NCBI RefSeq assembly: GCF_000150275.1
Contig: NW_002060946.1
Span: 6,362,597-6,426,596 of the forward strand
Reading direction: 5' to 3'
Length of the DNA: 64,000 bases
From: Trichoplax adhaerens
Lineage: Eukaryota; Animalia; Placozoa
Positions within the stretch are counted from its first letter, which is position 1, and each line of letters opens with the position of its first letter. This document shows, piece by piece, positions 27,066 to 40,665 of this stretch. Made by a program: the position numbers and the translations under genes. The notes beneath the pieces were generated by a model that worked only from the letters and a program-made list of their open reading frames with translations, made no database searches and was not told where the DNA came from.

Positions 27066-27657
27066 TTGGGTAAGGAAGGAATCTTTCTGCTTTTAAGATT
27101 GGCATTTTGAACCAATTTAGCAACGGGCTTCAATAACTCAGTTGTCTCTTTGCTGTATAGACACAGAGAAGCTTTAAATCCTCTATTATACCGATGAAAC
27201 AATGATATTAAAAGAATTCGTAGCATTAACTGGATGTTATAGAAAAATTATGAAATATCAATATGAATAAACTTCTTTATCTCGAATTCCAATAATTAAT
27301 AATTAAAATTCGATGTCAAAAGTAGCTGCAATAGGCAGTGTTGCCTCAGTCACGACTATTTTAGCAGTCGTATTGTATGACCTATTGGTCTACCTTTGAA
27401 GATTCAGATTAGAAGTCAATATAATTCACCCGCTTTAAAATAGAGTTTAATTTTTCAAATTTCTACAACTAAGCATAAAATATCATTGATCTTACGTACT
27501 TTACTGACTGATATTAATTATTGATTGCTTATTCATATACAAGGCCTTATGTACGTATACCGTAATTTTTTCTTGCTGTAATGAAAATTTGAACCGTAAA
27601 GTAGTTGTGTTTTTACATTAACTTTTATCAATCTATCTCTTTTCAATGTTATAATAG

Positions 27658-30600
27658 AAAATTATTGAATATCCCAGGCCTTGATGACGAAGAGAATAAA
27701 ACTTCATCTAGGTAAAAATGTCATATTTTCCGGCATCGATCGTCTTTTATCACTGAATAAATAAATTCTCCTAGTATATTTCTTCTGTCGTTTACATATT
27801 GACTTGATTATATTTCGTATAGATGACACATCTTCAAATTTTATTTATGCGATTGTACGGCTACTCTACTGCAATTGACTCGTTTTAATTAAAATTGATT
27901 CTATAAATATTTAACGCCGATAAAAGATCTGAAATAATATTTCGTTTCATTATTCTCCTCGCAGTTTCTCATATATCTTAATCTTATACGTAATGCTTGA
28001 GTAATGTTATGCAGTCTCGTAGCTAGATTCATCTAGTAATCAACAGCTTTACTCAATAGTTAACAACACACATTTTTTAACTGGGTTTTCTTTGTGAATG
28101 TGATCCGATATTGACGGCCAAATCAATGTTTCATAAAACTTTCCGGTGTATTTTCGATATATTAGATACTACACTTTCAGTGCATTGTTTATCACACTTT
28201 CAGCAGCGTATTCATTATAGATTTTTTTTAATGTAGACATTCTTCTCCTATTACCATCTCGTCCAGTAAATCGAATACACCAGAAGGAGCATTGGGGTAA
28301 GAAAGAAGTAGTACTACAATTATTAGTTTACTCAAAGTAGTTCCTAACTGATAGGATATATTTCAGCTGCTCTGTCTACAGTAGATGCTAATAAAAGAAG
28401 TATTTTATATTGGCTATTGGTAAACAGTTGATATCGAGACAATTGAAACAAGATTTGTTATTTTACCTCATTAACCTAATTGCAATGATTCACAAATAAC
28501 AAATAGTATCTTATAATGCTGTTGAGAACCTATTTTTAAAATATTCCATTTTCATCCTTATATGGCAGAAATTCACCAGCTATCCCAAACTCGACTAGAT
28601 CTACTATGTCTGATGTCAATGCCAGGTAATAGGAAGTTAGTTGGCTGCAAGATGTTGTTGTAATTTTAATATCGATAAAGCTGAACTGTTTTAGTTCCGA
28701 TGGCAATCTTAAATAATATCAGAAAGTAGTGATACAAATATCAAATAGTAAAAGTGTAGTTAAATGAACTCTATTTGGGTAATTAACTTAATGTTTAGCT
28801 CATATACGTTACAAATTGGAACACGGATGTGCCAGTTACTTTGTCACAATTATTTAAATTTCATTGCATTTTCACTTCTGCTGTACTGCTTTTTTCCTTT
28901 TATAGAGCTTCACCAACTCCTTTGACATCCAGCAAATCGAACAATACGGAAATTACGGCTAAGTAATAAAACTAAGGATTAGTTATACAATGATTTAGCC
29001 GCCCACTATTTATGATCCTATATATCGTATTGCGTTGTCAGTTCGACCGTCATTATCAGTTTAGCAAGCCTCACGACAACGAGGAAGCAAACGGAATTAG
29101 TCTGTGCGCTGTATTTTTTTCAATGGTTGACAGTATGATTAAGGTTTTAAAATAAGGCTGATTTTGATATCGTTGTAGCTTCACAATTGTCGATCGTACA
29201 TAGATAAAACACCTAACTTTTATGAGTACAATAATAGTTTTATTAAATGTATGTTCCTTCGGTTACTATAGTATAACTGCTGCTGGATAACTCTTTACTG
29301 TCATTAGAGTGAAGAGTTATTAGATAAAACAATGTCATTAACGCAGTTAAATTCTTATCGCCACCTCAGAAAAAAGAAAGAGATAAATAAGGAAAAAAAG
29401 CAAGCGCTACAAGATTGGATTCCAGTGGCTTCGCCTTTACATCAGGTATAGCAGGTTGTAAAATGATTATTTGGTGTAGCATTTGTACAATCCAGATTAA
29501 TTAGATTGTAACATTGTAAATGCACACACCAAAATTTGTCTCTTCAGGACCTGCAACTAGGTGGTTTTTAATATTTCTGCATCGCTACTTTTATTACCAA
29601 CTTGTCTTTTTTATATTTGTTGCTACGCACTTATGAAACTAAATGGCTCTTAAAAAGTGTATCGTGTCTGCTGTAAATCTACTGATGTGAATCAGATACT
29701 TTCATATTTTTCTGCCTGTTAAAGTTTATTATCGCTTACACTTAGCAATTATTTAAGATCAAGTTGCAAATAAAAAACATCGAATGAATTTTTTACTTAT
29801 AGGCTTTATCATCGAATTATTGGTCACGGTATGAGGAATTCCATAAGTTGTTTAGTGATCTTCCAGATACTGAGAAATTACTAACAGGTAAACTTACAGT
29901 ATGGTATGTTAAGTACATTAATTTGACGTTATTATTGATATTTGTAATAGTGTATAATTAGATTTATAATGCAGGTTGTGCTAATTTTAGTGAAGCAAAA
30001 GTGACAAATACAATCTCTGATAACTATTATGACAAGTATGATAAGAGTAGCGTAGTTATGTAAGATTTCAATAAATCATGTTTATAATGAATTAATTACG
30101 TAGAGTTTACAGTGGCAAGATTTATCGGTTATTAATTATGGTACTATTTTCTTTCAATCATCTATTTGTGGTACTATCCAAAGTACTCCTAGAATTATTT
30201 GAGTTATAATAGTGACGTAGCTTTTAAGCAATCTTTACCATTTTAAAGTGATACGCTTAGGTAGACTCACATTGGTGAATCTATTTGTTTATTTGCTTTA
30301 AAATGTAACATATCATTGATCAGCCGCCCGGCGTAGGAGAAATATATAAGTATTTCTTGACTCCGGTTTGAAGTAAAATACAGTGAATACAAATAGCATT
30401 AGCTGTATTTTATGATATCTGTCAATTGACATCATCAGCTTTCGATTCGTGATGATTACATATCGTGCTCTTATCATAGTGTAAATACTTTGGAAGTGCA
30501 AATTAAGCATAGCAGTTTGGACTATCTATTACTAGAATTAAACTTAATTGACATAACGACATATGGCTGAATTGTATATTTTTTTGTTTATAAACTTTTG

Positions 30601-33600
30601 ATAGATCACTCTTGTGCCGTTCAGAGAGATATTTTACTTCATGGACGCCTTTATGCGTCACAGAATTGGTTTTGCTTTTATGCTAACATTTTCGGCTGGG
30701 AGACTTGTGTAAGTGTTTGCTTATGCCTTCATTTAGATTCATAACATGGTTGCGATCTTCTGGGATTGCCTAAAAAATTTACTGTATGTGATTAATAGAG
30801 CTTTCATTAGCAATGACTTGTGCTTTCTTTTCATATGCGTTTTCTACTCTTGAACAAATCTAGTTTACTATACGTTTAACGGATATCAAATCTATACTGC
30901 GAGAGAAAACGGCTAAAGTGATTCCTAATGCAATTCTTATAGCAACTGAACAAGATAAAGTATTAGATATAGTTCAATTTCCTAATAACATAAATAGGTC
31001 TTACAATTTGTGCGTTATTTAGAGCAATTTTTCGATGTGCATTTATTTTCTATTTTGTATTAGTATTTTTTTACGTCGTTTTCATCACGTGAAACCGCCT
31101 ATATGAAAATTTTTCGTATCTGGCAAAATGCACTTATGCAAGAAGATGGGTTGAATGCGGTTGATTTATTGTGTCAGTTAAGAAGTCTAGATAAAACAGT
31201 GGATGTTGACAAAGATCAAGACAATAAACACATGACTAAGTCGAGGTCTGCTGAGACGTTATCTGTTGATAAAGGTAACGTAGCATCGCTTTATTATTCA
31301 TTCTCGCTAATTGTAGCGCTTTATGTTGTACTGTACTTGGGAATATGGCTAAAATAAATATCTTTATCATATTCTTTAATAGACGATACTCCTGATGCGA
31401 ACGAAAATGCCTACCTATCAGCTACCGTAAGAAGTTTTCAGATTTATTGTGCTTTGTGAACTATGCTCAGAAGTTGAAAGTTCTGTTCTACTTACGCAAC
31501 GAAATCACAGAATAAAGAGCAAGAAGAGCAATCATTGTATTCTGCGGGTCAAACGGATGCAAGCAGTGACTATTCTGAAGCTGAATCTACGGATCAAATT
31601 GATGTTGATATGTGCGATCCCGGTGAAGGTAATATTGTACTACAGTACTGAATTATGTTGCATAGAAATACAAATTGATTACAGCTGTTCGTAAATATAA
31701 CGATATGAAATAACAGAGAAATATTTATCTCTACTTGTATCAGTTATATATGAAGATCCCGATACATTACCCAAAACATTTATCGATGAGGTAAATTTTA
31801 ATTTTATTTTGTAATTCTGATTTCGGAACTTTAGTAATAAGTTGTTTCTTATTTTGAATAGGTTTATCCAGTCAATGTGGATACTTTATTTAAAACAATC
31901 TTTACCGGATCTGAAACATATTATAAATTTATAAATGAAAGAAAGACTTTCGGTTAGCTGTATAACTACAGAGGGAACAATTAAAAAGACTGTTGTTTAT
32001 TGATTTAATTAATTTTGGGACTTAATTTGTTTAGATTTTGTCGATGATGTATGGCATGAGCAAGATGATGGTACAAAAGTTAGGAGTGTAAAGTACACGA
32101 TAACTTTAAATCATTCAATAGGCCCGAAAACGTCCGTAACAAATGAATTACAGGTTAATTATGTAAAATATCGCTGTAATTTTGAGATATTGAGAAAGTT
32201 TGGCAGCTTTTATTGCTGTTTAAGCCACACCAATCACGGTATGTATAGAATTGAAATTGCAGTGGAAATTAATTGTCATCGTTGCTTTATGCAGAAATTG
32301 TCGGAGCTTAGCAGAAAGGGACATATTTATATCGTAGATTGTGAAGTAAGTGATAAAAGTACCAGATAAATGTTACTTTCAATATCTAAAACGAATTAGC
32401 ACTTCCACACCGATTATACGAGTATTGCTACAATCGTGTACTTATATGCTATATTTCCGGCTTCAATTAGGTCTATAATTCGCCCTCAATACCTTATGGT
32501 GAAAGCTTTTACACGCAAGAACGTTTCATAGTCACACGTATATCTCACAACAAATGTCGTCTAAGGTTGTTGCGATGTTCTTTTTGACTGGTAGCATTTT
32601 TATCTGCTTGTGGAAATCTTAATGTTCATTATTGAATGACTTATTCCTTACAGGGTGTCTGGCGGTATAAAGTACAAGAAATCAGTGTGGACGATTGTCA
32701 AATGTAAGCTAATATTTCTCTAGACTGAACTATCGATAAAATACGTGAAATTTACAGCTGATTATCGTCTATGTTAAGAAAATTAACCGTTATTATTTAT
32801 TGTACTCCTTAGCTTTAATTGACAAGAACGTTTATGAAGGATTAGATGCTACACTGAAGGTTCTCCGTAAGTTTATAATAAATAAAATTCGTAGAAATTT
32901 TCTGTGCAATATCTACAAAGGTAGTAATATAAATTATAATTCGATTGTAGATAAACATGTTGAAAACGACATAGATAATGGCTCTGTTGTTACACGAAAT
33001 AGAAGAAAGTTAAAAAACAACATCAAGCATTTAGCCAAAGAAGTTCCTGAAATTTGCGATAATAAAACCTCGAACGACAGTGACACTACAGCACCAACTA
33101 CGGATTCTTTTACAGGCATGGTAGCAATACCTATTGCATATAAAGTAATGACCATTGTGATAAAATTGCAATATTTAATTGATTTCATCATAGAAGCTTC
33201 GCCAGATAGGGGGAAAAGTTGGATGATATCTTATTTACCAAATAAGTACGTTCTTATATCTGTGTATGCTTTAATTAGTTAATATCTGCTAATTAATGGC
33301 TACGTTCTGACTCTACAGGCTTTATTATGAAAGATCTGAATATGAAATTAAGGCTATAGTAACTACATTGTAAGAAATTTCACTAGAATTCGGCCCAAAG
33401 TGATTTCAACTAATAAATAACTCCATATAGGATTGGAATTTTCTTATTACTCCAAGTATTTCTATTTTATCGCGTTTACCTGGTCGAACAACAAACGAAC
33501 ACTTTTACATCTATGTCATCGGTAGTAAATTGGTGAGTATAGTTATCATATTTAGAAACATTTATGTAGTATCTTATTTGGTGTTATGACGAATCAACTA

Positions 33601-34022
33601 TTATTAAATATCAGCTTGCATAATGACGACGGAAAATGTCAAGTTCCTACAACTCAAGAAGAATGGATGAACCTACTAAATCAACAAAAAATCATAAGAA
33701 ATAAGGAAAAAGCAGAGTATGTCGATAAGATATTTTTCTTCTTATAACTTACAACATGAATACCAGTGTTATGAATGATAATAATAGTAGTTTTTTACTG
33801 TTCAAATATATAACCTTATTAAACTATCTAAAATGTAGATTTCTAAAACGAATACAGCATGTGGAAGAGTCTATAGAAAAGGTATATATACAGGATATAA
33901 CCATCTATTTATTTGATGCTAATTTTGCTAGAAGCTCATCTTATTTCTGATGGATTTAGACGATGGAATATCTTAAGCAGCTAAAAGATGATATGTATGG
34001 CCCTCAAAAAACCGATTCTTAA
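27658..34022 (+). CDS. GRAMD1: GRAM domain-containing protein 1 (Aster family: GRAM + VASt/StART-like + C-terminal TM helix), multi-exon, 5' start exon unresolved
   Basis: Phase-consistent exon chain: 27658-27711, 28237-28296, 28569-28625, 28906-28962, 29065-29110, 29308-29445, 29803-29887, 30605-30708, 30864-30959, 31064-31274, 31383-31426, 31511-31628, 31744-31790, 31862-31952, 32035-32153, 32295-32345, 32471-32565, 32654-32703, 32813-32866, 32951-33115, 33194-33245, 33319-33369, 33431-33532, 33615-33716, 33839-33881, 33960-34022 (TAA). GRAM: EEFHKLFSDLPDTEKLLTDHSCAVQRDILLHGRLYASQNWFCFYANIFGWET...EKTAKVIPNAI...YFFTSFSSRETAYMKIFRIWQNAL. VASt: VYPVNVDTLFKTIF...KYTITLNHSIGPKTS...IPYGESFY...KYKKSVWTIVKSLIDKN. 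TM: LIGIFLLLQVFLFYRVYLVE, then PTTQEEWMNLLNQQ. The first six exons are less certain than the rest. Confidence 0.92.
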
Positions 34023-37000
34023 CTAATCAACCAGACAATAAGATGATGAAATGTCCTAGCTGAAGCATACAATATTATCATTGTAATTAATTGTCCTTAA
34101 TTCTGCTAGCCCAAGCTGGGTAACATTTCTTTTACTTTATTAGCCTTTGTGACTATGCGGAAACTGTCGAAGCTTTCCGTGTAGTTAATAACGAGATAAA
34201 AATTGTCTTTCGGGTATATTTTAAATATATTTATAGTAGTTTTATAAGATAAATTATACAGTATATTATTAGTTTATTACTGTACGAATTAGGCCTAAAA
34301 ATTTCATATAAATTACGAATTCCCAATTCCCAATTGAAAATGAGTACTAGAGTTGGTGTATTTTAAATCGTAAAATCTAGATTCTATGAAGTAATTAATA
34401 GTCATTTATAAGAAACCAACAATTTAATTTTATTATCGAGGTATCAATGAAGTAGCTGCATGATAATATGGATTTATCAAAGCGATGTCTTGGCTGCCTC
34501 GTTACAGAATATAGATACATGTTGTGTTATAAGTTCATCCTATACAAATTAGAGATATTATGTAATTATCTGTATCGGAATCGGAATTCTCTATATGAAT
34601 TTGCAGAATGTAGAATGTCTCTATGCGGATATCTCACAAATTAAGTTAAAGTATGCTTATGTAATTATATTGGCAGGCATAAATCTATTCGATATATAAT
34701 TGTACCAGAATTGCCTAATCTTAAATTATCGTTAACAAAGAAGCTACAAATTATTAATTCAAATATTTATTATTAATGATCTTGCTAATATATTTGCAGG
34801 AAAAATAGTATTCAAAAGTAGGGCTGATTCTATATGATTCTGGTATAAATTGATATGATATTTAAGATGACTATTGAATTGAAATAGCTTCTATATATTG
34901 ATTATGATTTTCGAAATCATAATTTAACGAAATGGTAATAAAGTGTATACTGTTAAGATGCAGATACTGTATTTAATGTTATGTGATATCAGGAACGATT
35001 TTAATCAGTGTAATATGTCGACGATAGACGGAAAGATTGAACTAAACCATTTTTTACTTAATAATCACGTTTTCGAAGCCTACGCTTACTGGAAGTCCAC
35101 GATCACTAGCTAAATTTTAGTGTGAAAAGCTTTATATGATCAAGAAAATCTACAAAATTAGCCATCAGTATAGCTATATCTCAAATGTTTTTGTGCCAAA
35201 TCGATTAGAGACACTGACAGTATAATCTTATACGGTAGTGAATCTAATCTCTTAGGAAAACTATCACAAATTTTCACATAAATTTATCGTTAAGTACAAA
35301 CAGTCCTCTGGTACTGAATAAATAAATACCGCGAAGTAAATCTACACTGATATTACTTAGCTACAAATACTGCGCTATTGCCATGGGAACTCTTATATTC
35401 ATTAAAATACAAGTGTATTCTAATTCATTAGATGCAGTAACTGGATTTAGAATAGGTTCTAGCCAATCAAAGTAGATAATGAAGGTAAACGAAAATTGAA
35501 TTTGAATTTATATTTGACGATAAATATACCATTGATATCATTAACATCTGAATATAATAAACAACACCTAGAACAATTTTGATAGATAGAAAAAAAAGAT
35601 ACACTGAATTTCAATTTCTATTTTAACATAAGGCATGGCTTTTTTATTCTTCCATAAAGATGTCTACTAAAAATGTACCCATATCTGATCTTTACAGAAT
35701 GCTGATCAAAGCACTAGGAAAGTTATTGTACGAAATCACACCTAAATGGTAACTTATGTCAACACTATTGTGTTTTTCATTTCTCTTTTCTAGCTATATG
35801 TAATTAAGTGTGGCTTACAGCTGCTTTATTTGTTGTTTTACAGTACGAGTACATTAGATACAGACTTACCGCACTCTCAAAATTGTGTCATTTTGGTCAT
35901 TTAGTAGCCCATGGTAAGGCATGATTATTGGTTTTGAGGCAAGAAACGGATACTAATTGACAATGGATTGAAATTTGCACTTAGAATAGTGATGAAGTGA
36001 CTTATATTTGAAAATTAGTAGTTCATCGAGTTATTTACTCATATAATACATATTTTATATCGGGGGCTGCCATCATTTGAGACAAGAAAACGGATAGTAT
36101 TTATTAGCAAGAATAAATAATACGATACATAAATTGCCGCAGCAGTTCATGGCTATTAAAGCAGTTATTGAATCTAATATTTAATATTTATTAGACTTTG
36201 GTTGAGTCGTACAATTTTATAATGGCCTCTAGTCTTTCAAAATTCTAAATTGAAGATAAAAATGCTTTCGAACTATACGTAGGTTATCGTTTACCTTCGT
36301 TGGTACCGTCATCATTATTGGTATTATTAATAAAGTAATCATTATTATTTTATGAGGATAATATTAGTTAATACTATTATTTTTTCTATGCATTTATCTA
36401 GGACATGAGAACATAAAGTAGTGCAATAGAGCACGATGATATAGACCTAGAACGTGACCAAATCACGGGAACGGCAAGATTGAACAAATTCTGGCAAACT
36501 ATCTTGAATTAAGTTAGCCACACTTAATCTGCCTTTTTCAGCGATTCGTTATGTTACTATTTAATAGGAAATCTCTCCTATACTCATTAATTTGATGAAA
36601 AAAGAAATACAAGCTAAGATTAGCATCATTATGCAATACATTTTTTGATATCCATTTTTTGACTTCTATTATAATAAGAACACAAGGGTTAGGACATATT
36701 GTTAGGGGCAGTTATTCTAGACTAAAGTAGTCATCATGATCTAATTCTATTCTCGTTGATTAGCTATAGACTATAGACTATAATGAGAGTGTATAAAAAG
36801 AAAGTCTACTATAAGTTCGACTCTAGATATAGAGCATTTTTTTAATGACTATATTGTTCTATTCCAATAAAACCCGTTAATTGGGTAATAATAGCTAGTT
36901 AAAGCTCTTCTTCTAACCACAAAGATGAAGCAATGGTTGACTTCATTTCAGACGTATTATAGCCTCAAGCAATTCTACTCCATACTGTGATTATGAAGTA

Positions 37001-40000
37001 AAAGATATGGATTTATAATCAACCTACCTATTCTTATTGACAACTGAGAATAGGTAAAAATATTGTTGCACTATTAGTAAACAAGACAATTAGTATTAGA
37101 CAATAAAATCATCGATGAATGAGAACATTCTTCTTATTGTTACCTTAAAATATGATGACTTATTTTAGATTTATCATTCTTGTCCTGAGAATAATAATAA
37201 ATTAAAATTATTAATCCTTAGTTTGTGGAAGGTTAGGTTAAATTGTAATTGAGTGGTGTGGAAAGCAAACTAATATCACAATCGCCACCAACAACCTGGT
37301 GGATCTGCTGATAGTCAAGGTGAGTTTCATTTTCTTCTCAGCAATTACTAATTCGGTTCCCATCAATAATTATATTAACCTATTACATAATTCGACTTTT
37401 GGGTTTCATATGGATGTTTTAACGTCATGGAATTTTAATTTGATATGAAAATGAAAAATTTTTACCGAATTAGAAATACAAGACGCTAAAGCATTTGGCC
37501 AACCCTATGACTGTTATTTTAAATTGTTAAATTGTTGACTCTCTTTTTCGATGAAGTTACTTGTTTTAATATTACTATAAGATGATAGAAAATAATTAAT
37601 TCATGGTTGTAATCAATCTTCATCAAGTAGAGTGGTAAATTTTGTAAATAAGTTTACAAGACAAGGAAGGCTCTAAGTTGATACTGTAGGCATTACCACA
37701 TGTGTTAGCATATATCATGACTCATTCTGTTGCCAGGCTTTGTTTTTTAAAGCACTCCCATTGACTTTTAACGTCCAACTATTCTTTCAACTGCTGGCAA
37801 TATTTTAGGGTTTACGAAATATTAAAAAAACTGAAGTATTCTAGATGATATATTTTGGATACCATCTAAAAATAACATAGGAAGTGAATTGTTAATACTG
37901 TGTAAATTTATTATTTTGCAATTAAAGACGTAATTAGGATATTATATTACCTTATAATTGCAAGTCTTTTAGTTAAGGAAGACAGCAATCCAGGTTAGTA
38001 GACATTATTGCATAGTAACAGATGTCAGCTGGCTACAATTTTGCTTTCTTGACTTGGTTGGACATTTTACAGTATTCCATAAAACTAAAATACTATTTCG
38101 ACTAGATTTTGTGACATATTTGAAATAGCATTCCGTAGATTTGGGGAAATGACTACTATAATGTGAATAGTCAAAGCAGTTTCATCCTACTATTTAGGGC
38201 TTTATCTGGATATAAATTTAATAGAAACCTTTCCTTTTCTTTTAAACGTGTTCACTACTTTAATACATAATTGTATTAAATTTTAAATCGTTCAGGACAT
38301 TGAAGGAAGTACTTTACATCAGAATAGCGTTAGAATAAAGTTGATCTTTCAAGCAATGGTGACTTTTAATTAATATACGACACTATTAATAGGCAATCAG
38401 CCAAATAAAATTAGCTAAAAAATATTTAAAATTGATGCTCAGCCGCACAGCACAGTAGCTAACTGCCCATAACTGCCGTAATCAACATCTTGATAAATAT
38501 TATGCACTACTTTAGGACCAATAGATGGCTCAGTTTTCTGATAGAGAATGGCTTATGTGCCTTTTCTTTCTATACTTCCGTTGACCGGAATATATAATTA
38601 AATAAATCGTGAGTTAGTTAGAATAATTCGATCGATGCTTTGTTAACGAATTGCTGGTGAACACCTTAATGTTACTTGATTTCCGTAGTACCGGCGCTAT
38701 CGGCGTCATAAATTCCCACGGATGGATAAATAAATTTTATATTTAATTCTGTTGACCTTTTACATTTTAAATTTCAGACTGCTTAAGTCTTTCATAGATC
38801 TTGTGCCTAGACGCAGTTGTCTAAAACTTTCTGCTGTGATGGAATTGATTGGGTGCAGTACTTCACATAAGCTATGTTTCGCAGTCATGAATTTCATTTA
38901 TTTTAAGGAGGATGCAACGTTAACCATACTGAAAAAACTTTTCAACCAATAGCAGTGGTCATTAGAATTAAATTTATAAGGAATACGAGCGGGTTAAAAG
39001 TTATTTTGCCAATAAATTAGACACATTAACCGCTCAACTGTTTGAAATCGCCCTTAGAGAGCTCAAACTGTTTATTGGATAGTTTCCTTTCGATCTATTT
39101 CTAGTCCCTTAGTAAATCGGATAGAATATCCTTTAGTTATTGTAGCACATTAGAAGGAGTAGATTATATCGTTGATAAATAAACTACACTGCATTGACTA
39201 TCGAAAGAACATGTGCATTTATCGTTTGATAGATTACCATAAAAACTGGTTAAAGTAAGTAAAACTACAGTAAATGCTCTTTTATCACTTGATCAAGCGT
39301 TCTTTTGATACAGTTTCGTAATAAATTGATTCTGTTAAATGGCACCCTGTGGATCGGTAAAAACTATTGTTCGAAACTGAGACGAAAATAAGAAAGTTCA
39401 TTATAAATATTTAAAGCTCTTTGAGACAAATTGATTTCAAATTTTATTTTGAATTATTTTAAATTAAAATCAAGAGATTCCTTAGACAATACGATGATTC
39501 TGTAAATCGGTTTCATTGTTGCTAACTGTATCATTGCATTATCTACTGTAAGCCTATTTTTTAGTTTCTTCCTTCGCAATTATGGCTTGTTTTGATAGAG
39601 TAATGTAAATCTAAGGATAAAGTTACTGTGGCACTAATTTCTATTAATAGCAATGTCATATATATATATCAAGAAAGCATCTATATGCATAGCTTGAAAT
39701 TTAAAAGTAAGAGAGGCCCAAAAATAATTTATTAAACCGTATCATGCCGTATATCATAAAGATTTACTAGCAAATAATGAGCAAATGGATGTTTTAACAG
39801 TTGAAATTTGCTTCATGATTTTATTTTTATTTCTCGCACAAGCACTCGCTATTGAGATTCATTGGTTAGATAAAAGTGATTTTCTAGACAGCTATCTGCA
39901 GTATGGTAGTACCGTGAAAATAAACCTACTTAATGATGATCTACTGTATAAATAATTTCTTTCTAGACTGTTATTCATCATATAAGTGATCATTATTAAA

Positions 40001-40289
40001 TTACGATGGTAATGTCTGATTAAAAGCAATTTATAAAACAGTTCTATCTTTTCATTAGTATATTTTACTAGGATTTACAAGTCCAACATAAGATATAGGT
40101 ATACGTACTTATTCTCAAAGAGCTATTGCTGCTCTAGCCACTTTCGGGAAGTGTATTTAATTTACTAAATCAGTTAAAAGAGCGGAAATAACAGCTTGCT
40201 GTAATTCTAACGAACTAATTAGCTGTCTAGAGTGTAATTTAACTATTGATTTTCATCTATTATTTATCACTATTTTATTGGCTAATCTT

Positions 40290-40665
40290 TTCGAAAAAAA
40301 AGAATTACCGTACCTCATTTTTATGATCAATTTTAAGGTTAGTACTCCGACCATTACAGTTTCTGGCTATCGGTAGTAACTACCTTAAATTTGTTATAGC
40401 CATCACTAATTTCTAGAATAATCCTTAGGCTCGTGTCATAAGATAAAATATTCGCTTTAAGATTTTGTTTTATTAGTCTTCTCGAAAAGAAAAAACTTAC
40501 CATGGCTCACTTTTTTATTATCGATTTAAGGTTATTCTTCAGATCATTACAGTTGCCACCATTTGTCGTCAGTAAATACCCTTATTTATTATGATCATTT
40601 CTAATATCTAAAACATCAGTAGACATCATGCCATAAGAGAAAGTATCCTCTTTGAGGTTTTACTG
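40290..40665 (+). repeat. Diverged tandem duplication, 2 x ~190 bp
   Basis: TCGAAAA...TTACC...CTCA.TTTT...TTTAAGGTTA...CATTACAGTT...CATAAGA.AAA.TAT occurs from ~40291 and again from ~40482. Confidence 0.75.
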
